In this document: in pieces, positions 24,630 through 32,000 of the stretch
Layout of the letters: each line of letters opens with the position of its first letter
Position numbering within the stretch: position 1 is the stretch's first letter
Assembly: GCF_000406145.1 (NCBI RefSeq)
Contig: NZ_CM001976.1
Location: 4,027,472 to 4,059,471 of the forward strand
DNA length: 32,000 bases
Source of the DNA: Dickeya dadantii NCPPB 898
GTDB lineage: Bacteria; Pseudomonadota; Gammaproteobacteria; Enterobacterales; Enterobacteriaceae
Direction of reading: 5' to 3'
Program-made: the position numbers and the translations under genes
The notes under the pieces: generated by a model
The model's database searches: none
What the model was told of the DNA's origin: nothing
What the model saw: only the letters and a program-made list of their open reading frames with translations

Positions 24630-24740
24630 ATGACACGCGCTATCCGGTGTTATCACCTGAGCCTCTCCGGCGATTGTCGCCCCTGGTTCAACATCGACCA
24701 CCGTCTCACCAACGATTTCCCACGCCCGTTTCATGCCTGA
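24630..24740 (+). CDS. tnaC: TnaC-type tryptophan-sensing leader (arrest) peptide, 36 aa: MTRAIRCYHLSLSGDCRPWFNIDHRLTNDFPRPFHA
   Basis: Too short for the ORF track. AAGGAG lies 5 nt upstream of the ATG. The WFNID core is identical to E. coli TnaC (MNILHICVTSKWFNIDNKIVDHRP). The W19-D23-P31 spacing equals W12-D16-P24. It lies 96 nt upstream of the tryptophanase gene. Confidence 0.8.
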   Translation: MTRAIRCYHLSLSGDCRPWFNIDHRLTNDFPRPFHA

Positions 24741-24836
24741 TTCAGCTTTGCTCTGATTTTTCCCTTTTATTTCAATCTATTTTTGACGTCATACAGCGGC
24801 GGTTACGTCTGCTGGTGGGCGTCGTGGAGATATCGC

Positions 24837-26237
24837 ATGAAACGCATCCCTGAGCCTTTTCGCATCAAAATGGTAGAAAACATCCGCATGACCACCCGCG
24901 ACGAACGGGAACGCGCCCTGCAGGAAGCAGGCTATAACCCGTTTCTGCTGCGCAGCGAGGATGTCTACATCGACCTGCTGACCGACTCCGGCACCGGCGC
25001 CATGAGCGACCGTCAGTGGGCGGGGCTGATGATGGGCGACGAAGCCTACGCCGGGTCGCGCAACTACTACCACCTGTGCGATCAGGTGAAAGCGCTGCTG
25101 GGTTATCCGTTCACCATCCCGACCCATCAGGGGCGCGGCGCGGAGCAAATCCTGTTCCCATGTCTGATCGCCAAAAAGCAGCGCGCCGGCGGCGGCAAGA
25201 AACCGGTGTTTATTTCCAACTTCCATTTCGACACCACCGCCGCCCATGTGGAGCTGAACGGCGCGCGCGCCATCAACGTGGTGACGCCAAAAGCCTTCGA
25301 CACCACCGCCTATTACGACTGGAAGGGCGACTTCGACCTTGACCTGCTGCACACCACCATCGAGCAACACGGCGCGGACAACGTGGTGGCGATCATCACC
25401 ACCGTCACCTGCAACAGCTCCGGCGGCCAGCCGATTTCGATGGGCAACATGCGCGAGGTGTATCGTATCGCGCAGCAGCACGGCATTCCGGTGGTGATCG
25501 ACTCCGCCCGCTTCTGTGAAAACGCCTGGTTTATCAAACAGCGCGAAGCCGGTTACGAAAACCGTTCGATCAAGGAGATCGTCCACGAGATGTACCAATA
25601 CGGCGACATGCTCACCATGTCGGCGAAGAAAGACCCGATGGTGAACATCGGCGGCCTGTGCTGTTTTCGCAGCGACGAAGAGCTGTTTAATGAAGTGCGC
25701 ATCCGCTGCGTGCCGATGGAAGGCTTCGTCACCTATGGCGGTTTGGCCGGGCGCGACATGGAAGCGCTGGCCATCGGGCTGGAGGAAGGCATGAACGAGG
25801 ATTATCTGACCTACCGCATCGGTCAGGTGACCTACCTTGGCGAGCGCCTGCGCGCCGGCGGCATCCCGATTCAGTACCCGGTGGGCGGGCACGCGGTGTT
25901 TGTCGATGCCAAAAAGCTGCTGCCGCATATCCCGGCGGAACAGTTTCCGGCACAGGCGCTGAATAACGAGCTTTATCTGGAAGCGGGCATCCGCAGTGTG
26001 GAAATCGGTTCGTTGCTGCTGGGGCGAGATCCGGACACCGGCGAGCAGAAACCGTCGCCGCTGGAACTGCTGCGCCTGACCATCCCGCGCCGGGTGTATA
26101 CCAACGATCACATGGATTACATCGCCGATTCGTTGATTGCGCTGAAGGAAAGAGCCAGCGGTATCAAAGGCCTGACCTTCACCTACGAGCCGCCGGTATT
26201 ACGCCACTTTGTCGCCCGCCTGAAACCGGTGGAATAA
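24837..26237 (+). CDS. tnaA: Tryptophanase (beta-eliminating lyase family, PLP-dependent)
   Basis: [14 protein letters not shown]... from the ATG at 24837 (GGAGA 6 nt upstream). The PLP-lysine block is [17 protein letters not shown]. Other blocks: [96 protein letters not shown]. The N-terminus also resembles tyrosine phenol-lyase. The central and C-terminal blocks plus the TnaC-type leader favour tryptophanase. Confidence 0.85.
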   Translation: MKRIPEPFRIKMVENIRMTTRDERERALQEAGYNPFLLRSEDVYIDLLTDSGTGAMSDRQWAGLMMGDEAYAGSRNYYHLCDQVKALLGYPFTIPTHQGRGAEQILFPCLIAKKQRAGGGKKPVFISNFHFDTTAAHVELNGARAINVVTPKAFDTTAYYDWKGDFDLDLLHTTIEQHGADNVVAIITTVTCNSSGGQPISMGNMREVYRIAQQHGIPVVIDSARFCENAWFIKQREAGYENRSIKEIVHEMYQYGDMLTMSAKKDPMVNIGGLCCFRSDEELFNEVRIRCVPMEGFVTYGGLAGRDMEALAIGLEEGMNEDYLTYRIGQVTYLGERLRAGGIPIQYPVGGHAVFVDAKKLLPHIPAEQFPAQALNNELYLEAGIRSVEIGSLLLGRDPDTGEQKPSPLELLRLTIPRRVYTNDHMDYIADSLIALKERASGIKGLTFTYEPPVLRHFVARLKPVE

Positions 26238-26260
26238 CGCTCCGCCATAGAACTCGCCAT

Positions 26261-26584
26261 AAAAAAAGCCAGCGGAACACGCCGCTGGCTGGTGAACAGC
26301 ACCATTACTCAGAACACTGTGGCGGTTTCCCGCCGCCGTTCTCACTCTCATTCGATGTTGCCGCCTGCTTTACAGCCAGCGGCGATAGTCTTCCTCATCC
26401 ATTTCCGGGATCTGCCATTGGGTAACCTGTAGCAGCAACGCCATCCGCTGGGCGGCGGTGAGCACGCCCCATCCCCGACGGCAACCCCGGCAAAGCCAGT
26501 GATGATAAAAGCGGAATAACCGGCACATATCGCCTCCCCTTCACAGCGGTTCATGCACTGAACCATTCACTGACTCAAAGTATC
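26261..26584 (-). ncRNA. sgrS: SgrS dual-function small RNA (5' end approximate)
   Basis: It is divergent from sgrR, as in E. coli. The 3' part reads ...ACAGUGUUCUGAGUAAUGGUGCUGUUCACCAGCCAGCGGCGUGUUCCGCUGGCUUUUUUU. This parallels the E. coli SgrS seed and terminator (..GUGUGACUGAGUAUUGGUGUAAAAUCACC..hairpin..U8). The seed-like stretch is at 26300-26320 and the terminator hairpin at 26268-26289, followed by a U7 run. A TATATT -10-like hexamer at 26590-26595 suggests a 5' end near 26584. It encodes sgrT internally. Confidence 0.8.
26370..26528 (-). CDS. sgrT: SgrT, small PtsG-inhibiting peptide encoded within SgrS (52 aa: MCRLFRFYHHWLCRGCRRGWGVLTAAQRMALLLQVTQWQIPEMDEEDYRRWL)
   Basis: Not in the ORF track. 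A strong SD (AAGGGGAGG) sits 4 nt upstream of the ATG. The pattern FY.H....W..L(S/T)..QR...L.....QW parallels E. coli SgrT (MRQFYQHYFTATAKLCWLRWLSVPQRLTMLEGLMQWDDRNSES). It lies in the 5' half of sgrS. Confidence 0.7.
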   Translation of the reverse strand: MCRLFRFYHHWLCRGCRRGWGVLTAAQRMALLLQVTQWQIPEMDEEDYRRWL

Positions 26585-26639
26585 CGCGTAATATAGGGAA
26601 AAATATATTGATGACCTTGAGTCGTGGAGTTCCTCTTTT

Positions 26640-28307
26640 ATGTCTTCGCCACGCCTGCAACAGCAGTTCATCCGGCTATGGCAATGCCTGCAGGGGCAGG
26701 ACACCAACACCACGTTGCAGGAGCTGGCGCTGCTGCTCAACTGCTCGCGCCGCCATATCCGCTCCCTGCTGAACGCCATGCAACAACAGGGCTGGCTCAC
26801 CTGGCAGGCGGAAGCCGGACGCGGTAAACGCTCGCGCCTCAGCTTTCTCTATACCGGGTTAACCCTGCAACAGCAGCGCGCTGAAGACCTGCTGGAGCAG
26901 GACCGCATCGACCAACTGGTGCAACTGGTGGGCGACAAGGAAACCGTACGCCAGATGCTGCTGTCGCACCTTGGTCGCAGCGTGCGGCAAGGGCGTCATC
27001 TGCTGCGTATCCTGTACTACCGGCCGATGCACAATCTGCTGCCCGGCAGCGCGCTGCGACGTTCGGAAACCCACATCGCCCGCCAGATTTTCAGCGGGCT
27101 GACCAGCCTAAATGAGGAAAATGGGGAACTGTTGCCGGATATCGCCCACCACTGGCAGGCGCTGTCGCCGCTGCACTGGCGTTTCTATCTGCGCCCGGCG
27201 GTTCGTTTTCACCACGGCCGGGAGTTGACCATGGAGGACGTGATCGCCTCGTTGTCACGACTGACGGCGCTGCCGCTGTTCTCGCACCTGACCGACATCG
27301 CCTCCCCCACGCCGTTCGTGCTGGATATCAGGCTCAGCATGCCGGACGACTGGCTGCCGTGGCTGCTCGGCAGCGTACCGGCGATGATCCTGCCCAAAGA
27401 GTGGCAAACGCTGCCGGACTTTATGCGCCAGCCTATCGGCACCGGGCCGTATCAGGTGGTGCGCAACTCGCCCAACCAGTTGAAAATCGCCGCGTTTGAC
27501 GACTATTTCGGCTACCGGGCGTTGATTGACGAAGTCAGTATCTGGGTGCTGCCGGACGCGCCGATCATTCCCGCCTGTACCGTCACGTTGCAGGGCGACG
27601 ACACCACTGACAATGAACTGGAGAACCGGCTCGAAGAAGGCTGCTATTTCCTGCTGTTCGACCGCCGTTCGCCGCAAATGGCAGACCCGGAGATCCGTCA
27701 CTGGTTGTGTCAGGTGCTAAGCCCGGTGGCGATGCTGGGCCTGGCCGATAGCCCGTACCAGAGCGAGTGGTCACCCGCTTACGGCCTGCTGCCGCGCTGG
27801 CATCACAGCCCGCCGCGGGCGGTGCGGGAAAAACCGGTCGGCCTGACCCACCTCACCCTCACCTGCTACCGCGATCACCCCGAATACGAAGTGATAAGCA
27901 GCATTATGGGCCGCCTGCTGGCGTCGCACGGCGTCACGCTGACGTTACGCAGCCTGGAATTCGATGCCTGGTGTCAGGGCGACGACGCCAGCGATCTCTG
28001 GCTCGGCAGCGCCAACTTCTATCTGCCGCTGGAATTTTCGCTGTTCGCGATGCTGTACGAACTGCCGCTGCTGCGGCACTGCCTGGGCGATGACGAACTG
28101 GAACACACCGCGCGCCAGTGGCGTCAGGGCCAGTTATCGCTGGCGGAGTGGTGCCAGTCACTGGTCAGCCGCCAGCAGATCCATCCGCTGTTCCACCACT
28201 GGCTGCGGTTGCAGGGGCAGGTCAGCATGCGCGGGCTGCGAATGAACACCCTGGGCTGGTTCGATTTCAAATCCGCCTGGTTTGCGCCGCCGAATCCGAC
28301 AGCATAA
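26640..28307 (+). CDS. sgrR: SgrR, transcriptional activator of sgrS (HTH domain plus solute-binding-protein-like domain)
   Basis: 555-aa ORF: [107 protein letters not shown]... The C-terminus ...[22 protein letters not shown] is near-identical to E. coli SgrR. Confidence 0.96.
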   Translation: MSSPRLQQQFIRLWQCLQGQDTNTTLQELALLLNCSRRHIRSLLNAMQQQGWLTWQAEAGRGKRSRLSFLYTGLTLQQQRAEDLLEQDRIDQLVQLVGDKETVRQMLLSHLGRSVRQGRHLLRILYYRPMHNLLPGSALRRSETHIARQIFSGLTSLNEENGELLPDIAHHWQALSPLHWRFYLRPAVRFHHGRELTMEDVIASLSRLTALPLFSHLTDIASPTPFVLDIRLSMPDDWLPWLLGSVPAMILPKEWQTLPDFMRQPIGTGPYQVVRNSPNQLKIAAFDDYFGYRALIDEVSIWVLPDAPIIPACTVTLQGDDTTDNELENRLEEGCYFLLFDRRSPQMADPEIRHWLCQVLSPVAMLGLADSPYQSEWSPAYGLLPRWHHSPPRAVREKPVGLTHLTLTCYRDHPEYEVISSIMGRLLASHGVTLTLRSLEFDAWCQGDDASDLWLGSANFYLPLEFSLFAMLYELPLLRHCLGDDELEHTARQWRQGQLSLAEWCQSLVSRQQIHPLFHHWLRLQGQVSMRGLRMNTLGWFDFKSAWFAPPNPTA

Positions 28308-28367
28308 CCGCCCGCCGACGGTGATGGCGCTTTTCCTGATGTGACAAACACTTTACAATACCGCCGT

Positions 28368-28463
28368 TCTCAACGGGGTGCGGCCAACGTTCGTGTACGT
28401 TTGCGTCGCTGAGAAAATACCCGTCGAACCTGATCCGGTTAATACCGGCGAAGGGATTTGAGA
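28368..28463 (+). promoter_or_regulatory. TPP (THI-box) riboswitch upstream of thiB (equivalent to E. coli SroA)
   Basis: P1 is formed by tctcaa (28368-28373) and ttgaga (28458-28463). The conserved core reads ggggtgc...ctgagaaaatacccgtcgaacctgatccggttaataccggcgaaggga, matching the THI element consensus (CUGAGA...ACCC...GAACCUGAUC.GG.UAAU.CC.GCG.AGGGA). Confidence 0.9.
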
Positions 28464-28516
28464 CTGCATCCCGCTTGCTCAAAGACCTTTGCCGCCTTCA
28501 ACAATTGGAGCGCAAA

Positions 28517-29500
28517 GTGTTAAAGAAATTACTGTCCTGCCTGTTACTGCTGTCCGCCCCCGTGTTCGCCAAACCGACCCTGACGGTCTACACCTATGAT
28601 TCGTTCGCCTCGGAGTGGGGCCCCGGTCCGGGCGTCAAAACCGCCTTTGAAAAAGAGTGCGACTGCGAGCTGAAATTCGTGGCGCTGGAAGACGGCGTCG
28701 CCCTGCTCAATCGCCTGCGCATGGAAGGTAAAAATACCCCGGCGGACGTGGTGCTGGGGCTGGATAATAATCTGGTGCAGGCGGCGGCACAGACCGGCCT
28801 GTTCGCCCCGCATGGCGTCAACACCAGCGGGCTGACGGTGCCCGGCGGCTGGCACAACGACACCTTCCTGCCCTTCGACTACGGCTATTTCGCCTTCGTC
28901 TACAACAAGGATAAGCTGAAGAACCCGCCGAAAAGCCTGCGCGAACTGGTAGAAAGCGACCAGCCGTGGAAAGTGATCTATGAAGATCCGCGCACCAGCA
29001 CGCCGGGTCTGGGGCTGCTGCTGTGGATGCAGAAAGTCTATGGCGACAAGGCGCCGCAGGCCTGGCAGAAACTGGCGGCCAAAACCGTCACCGTCACCAA
29101 AGGCTGGAGCGAAGCCTACGGCCTGTTCCTGAAGGGCGAAGCCGATCTGGTGCTGAGCTACACCACCTCGCCGGCTTACCACCTTATCGCCGAGAAGAAA
29201 GATAATTACGCGGCGGCCAGTTTCAGCGAAGGCCACTACCTGCAGGTGGAAGTGGCGGCGCAACTGGCCGGCAGTAAAAACCCGCAGTTGGCGGCACGCT
29301 TCCTGCAATTCATGGTCAGCCCGACCTTCCAGCAGATCATCCCCACCACCAATTGGATGTACCCGGTGATCAAAACCGAGCTGCCCGCAGGCTATAACAC
29401 CCTGTCTCTGCCGGCCACCGCGCTGGAATTCACCTCGCAGCAGGTGGCCGAACAGCGTGCGAATTGGGTACAGGCATGGCAACGCGCCGTCAGCCGCTGA
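28517..29500 (+). CDS. thiB: ThiB (TbpA), periplasmic thiamine/TPP-binding protein
   Basis: A GTG start at 28517 (GGAG 6 nt upstream) gives (M)[44 protein letters not shown]... This aligns end to end with E. coli ThiB at 327 aa. The track's TTG start at 28475 would lie in the riboswitch expression platform. Confidence 0.94.
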   Translation: MLKKLLSCLLLLSAPVFAKPTLTVYTYDSFASEWGPGPGVKTAFEKECDCELKFVALEDGVALLNRLRMEGKNTPADVVLGLDNNLVQAAAQTGLFAPHGVNTSGLTVPGGWHNDTFLPFDYGYFAFVYNKDKLKNPPKSLRELVESDQPWKVIYEDPRTSTPGLGLLLWMQKVYGDKAPQAWQKLAAKTVTVTKGWSEAYGLFLKGEADLVLSYTTSPAYHLIAEKKDNYAAASFSEGHYLQVEVAAQLAGSKNPQLAARFLQFMVSPTFQQIIPTTNWMYPVIKTELPAGYNTLSLPATALEFTSQQVAEQRANWVQAWQRAVSR

Positions 29501-31086
29501 TTCCCGGCTGGCTGTGGCCGGGGCTGCTGGCGGCCGCGCTGTTGACCGGCACCGCGACGCTGGCGTTCGCCGCGCTGTGGCTGGACGCACCCGGTGCGCC
29601 CTGGCGATCGCTGTGGGATGACAGTTACCTGTGGCATGTCATCCGCTTCAGCTTCTGGCAGGCGCTGCTGTCGGCGCTGCTTTCCACCCTGCCCGCGCTG
29701 TTCCTGGCGAGGGCGTTGTACCGCCGCCGCTTTCCCGGTCATCGCCTGCTGTTACGCCTGTGCGCGATGACGCTGGTGCTGCCGGTGCTGGTGGCGGTAT
29801 TCGGCATTCTCAGCGTCTACGGCCGTGAAGGCTGGCTGGCGCGCCTGCTGATGCAGGTCGGCATCGAATACCGTTTTTCGCCTTACGGTTTGCGGGGCAT
29901 TCTGTTGGCCCACGTCTTTTTTAATCTGCCGCTGGCGACCCGGCTATTTTTACAGGCGCTGGAAGGTATCGCCACCGAGCAGCGCCAGCTGGCGGCCCAG
30001 CTTGGCCTGCGCGGCTGGCACTTTTTCCGGCTGGTGGAGTGGCCGTGGCTGCGCCGCCAGCTGTTGCCCGCCGGCGCGCTGATTTTCATGCTGTGTTTCG
30101 CCAGCTTCGCCACCGTGCTGGCGCTGGGCGGCGGTCCACAAGCCACTACCATTGAACTGGCGATCTATCAGGCGCTCAGCTTTGATTATGACCCGGCGCG
30201 CGCCGCGTTGCTGGCGCTATTGCAGATGGTGTGCTGTCTGGGGTTGGTACTACTCAGCCAACGGCTGGGCCAGTTGCTGGCGGTGGGCGCCGGCAACCGC
30301 CTGAGCTGGCGCGATCCGCAGGACAGCCGGTTCAGCCGCGTTACCGATACACTGCTGATTGCGGCGGCGCTGCTGCTGCTGTTGCCGCCGCTGCTGGCGG
30401 TGGTGGCGGACGGCCTGAACCGTTCACTGCCGGGCGTGTTACGCCAGCCGGCGTTATGGCAAACGCTCCGGACCTCGCTGCGCATCGCGCTGGCCGCCGG
30501 CGCGCTCAGCGTGGTGCTGACATTGATGCTGCTGTGGAGCAGCCGGGAACTGAAACTGCGCCAGCGGCGGCTGCCCGCCCAGTTGCTGGATATCAGCGGA
30601 ATGCTGATTCTGGCGATGCCGGGGATTGTGCTGGCGTCCGGTTTTTTCCTGCTGTTTAACCGCACCGTCGGGTTACCGGCTTCCCCTTACGGGCTGGTGG
30701 TATTGACCAACGCGCTGCTGGCCATTCCTTATGCGATGAAAGTGCTGGAAAACCCGATGGTCGACACGGCGGCGCGTTACAGTCTGTTGTGCCAGTCGCT
30801 GGATATCCGCGGCTGGCATCGTCTCAGGGTGGTGGAACTGAAGGCGCTGCGCGCGCCCATCGCGCAGGCGCTAGCCTTTGCCAGCGTGCTGTCGGTGGGC
30901 GATTTCGGCATCATCGCCTTGTTCGGCAACGAACAGTTCCGCACCCTGCCGTTTTATCTTTATCAGCAAATTGGCGCTTATCGCAGCGCCGACGGCGCGG
31001 TGACGGCGCTGCTACTGCTGCTGCTGTGTTTTATGCTGTTTACCCTGATTGAGAAACTGGCAGGCCTTAATGATCGCGCTCGATAA
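29476..31086 (+). CDS. thiP: ThiP, thiamine ABC transporter permease
   Basis: [13 protein letters not shown]... from the ATG at 29476, 536 aa. It has duplicated permease domains and blocks such as [20 protein letters not shown] and [21 protein letters not shown], as in E. coli ThiP. Overlaps thiB by 25 nt. Confidence 0.94.
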   Translation: MATRRQPLIPGWLWPGLLAAALLTGTATLAFAALWLDAPGAPWRSLWDDSYLWHVIRFSFWQALLSALLSTLPALFLARALYRRRFPGHRLLLRLCAMTLVLPVLVAVFGILSVYGREGWLARLLMQVGIEYRFSPYGLRGILLAHVFFNLPLATRLFLQALEGIATEQRQLAAQLGLRGWHFFRLVEWPWLRRQLLPAGALIFMLCFASFATVLALGGGPQATTIELAIYQALSFDYDPARAALLALLQMVCCLGLVLLSQRLGQLLAVGAGNRLSWRDPQDSRFSRVTDTLLIAAALLLLLPPLLAVVADGLNRSLPGVLRQPALWQTLRTSLRIALAAGALSVVLTLMLLWSSRELKLRQRRLPAQLLDISGMLILAMPGIVLASGFFLLFNRTVGLPASPYGLVVLTNALLAIPYAMKVLENPMVDTAARYSLLCQSLDIRGWHRLRVVELKALRAPIAQALAFASVLSVGDFGIIALFGNEQFRTLPFYLYQQIGAYRSADGAVTALLLLLLCFMLFTLIEKLAGLNDRAR

Positions 31087-31762
31087 GTTGACCTACCTCT
31101 ACCAGCACCTACCGATGCGCTTTGATTTACAAGCGCAGCCCGGCGAACGCATCGCCATTCTCGGCCCAAGCGGTGCAGGCAAAAGCACGCTGCTCAGCCT
31201 GATCGCCGGTTTCCTGCCGGCCGACGGCGGCCGATTGCAGCTCAACGGACAGGATCACCTCGCCACGCCGCCGGCAAAACGCCCGGTGTCGATCCTGTTC
31301 CAGGAAAACAACCTGTTTCCTCACCTGACGCTGGCGCAGAATATCGCGCTCGGTCTGCACCCCGGACTGAAACTGACCGCGGACCAACAAGGGACGCTGC
31401 GCGATATCGCCGGCCGCATGGGGCTGTCGGACTTACTGGAACGCCTGCCGTCGCAGGTGTCCGGCGGCCAGCGGCAACGGGCGGCACTGGCGCGCTGCCT
31501 GATTCGCCAGCAACCAATCCTGCTGCTGGACGAGCCGTTCTCCGCGCTCGATCCGGCTCTGCGCCAGGAAATGCTGTCGCTGGTGGACGAGATCTGCCGG
31601 GATCGCCGGTTAACGCTGTTGATGGTGTCGCACCAGTTGGAAGACGCCATGCGCATCGCACCGCGCTGCGTACTGGTGGTGGACGGCCGCATCTATCACG
31701 ATGGCCCAACCGGGGAACTGGCCAGCCACCCGGATGCGGCGCGGATCCTGGGTTTGAGGTGA
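31070..31762 (+). CDS. thiQ: ThiQ, thiamine ABC transporter ATPase
   Basis: [20 protein letters not shown]... from the ATG at 31070. Walker A is GPSGAGKST, the signature is VSGGQRQR, and Walker B is [12 protein letters not shown]. Overlaps thiP by 17 nt. Confidence 0.94.
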   Translation: MIALDKLTYLYQHLPMRFDLQAQPGERIAILGPSGAGKSTLLSLIAGFLPADGGRLQLNGQDHLATPPAKRPVSILFQENNLFPHLTLAQNIALGLHPGLKLTADQQGTLRDIAGRMGLSDLLERLPSQVSGGQRQRAALARCLIRQQPILLLDEPFSALDPALRQEMLSLVDEICRDRRLTLLMVSHQLEDAMRIAPRCVLVVDGRIYHDGPTGELASHPDAARILGLR

Positions 31763-32000
31763 CAGCGCGGTCTGGGATGGCAGTGCTGTCTGAAATGACA
31801 GAATGAAACCCTTACTAAAAAAATGTGATCTTACGCACGATTTTGCGTTTTCAGTGCGACAGAGCCTTGTCTGATTTTCCGCACTCATGGTTAGATGAAG
31901 ACGCTGATTAACCCAAACGAATATAAGGTTCTCCGTGAAACACGCCGCCTCTACTTTCGCACTACTAAACAACACCGCGCTGCTTGACGCGGTCGTCGTC

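Noticed and set aside
24783-24836. An upstream TTG start for tnaA, adding [18 protein letters not shown].
   Set aside because: The ATG at 24837 has a GGAGA SD and gives the conserved [12 protein letters not shown]-terminus. The upstream part belongs to the tnaC-tnaA spacer.
24837-26237. Alternative call as tyrosine phenol-lyase.
   Set aside because: The N-terminal ~60 residues do resemble TPL. However, several central and C-terminal blocks match TnaA better, and the gene is preceded by a Trp-containing TnaC-type leader. Only a phylogeny or enzyme assay could settle it.
26348-26566. A 72-aa minus-strand ORF (MVQCMNRCEGEAICAG...) overlapping the sgrS region.
   Set aside because: It is in a different frame from the SD-preceded, SgrT-like 52-codon ORF, has no SD, and its composition is not protein-like. 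The locus is better explained as sgrS/sgrT.
31821-31842. A CRP-like site, aaaTGTGAtcttacGCACGatt, downstream of thiQ.
   Set aside because: The left half-site is perfect, but the right half matches only the CAC core, and the regulated gene is outside the window. The evidence is insufficient.
31895-32000. A possible gene start after thiQ. One candidate is a GTG at 31935 (VKHAASTFALLNNTALLDAVVV..., open to the window end, AAGG upstream). The other is an overlapping 30-aa ORF at 31895-31987.
   Set aside because: Only 22 codons are visible and I cannot recognise the product. This is too little sequence to support a call.

Overview
This window is chromosomal core DNA from a fairly GC-rich enterobacterium. 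It is syntenic, in inverted orientation, with the E. coli 2-minute region. A Dickeya- or Pectobacteriaceae-like host is only my guess from gene content.

Gene order:
- Minus strand: murG (partial), ftsW, murD, mraY, murF, murE, ftsI, ftsL, rsmH, mraZ, with a Pmra-like promoter and a triple TGGGG/TGGGG/TGGTG MraZ operator.
- Then a strikingly AT-rich gap of about 0.8 kb, alaE (+), an ERIC-like element, a GC-rich hairpin, and a 6 x 17-bp tandem array that runs into the cra stop codon.
- Then cra, ilvH and ilvI (minus), and an AMP-dependent acyl-CoA ligase where E. coli carries leuO.
- Then the leuL leader and attenuator plus leuABCD (+), a Fur-boxed siderophore-interacting reductase (-), and a TnaC-type leader peptide plus tryptophanase (+).
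- Then sgrS with embedded sgrT (-), divergent from sgrR (+), and a TPP riboswitch with thiBPQ (+).

I find no novel multi-gene system: no defence, mobile-element, CRISPR or toxin modules. The points most worth a second look are small cis-elements the ORF track cannot show:
- A TnaC-like arrest peptide with a 5-codon extension after the conserved Pro.
- An sgrS/sgrT locus convergent with tnaA, with a terminator that looks one-directional.
- A stepwise-diverging 17-bp tandem array at the cra 3' end.
- A perfect 16-bp duplication next to the ilvI Shine-Dalgarno.

Protein calls rest on my recollection of orthologue sequences and motifs. Coordinates of non-coding features may be off by a few nt.
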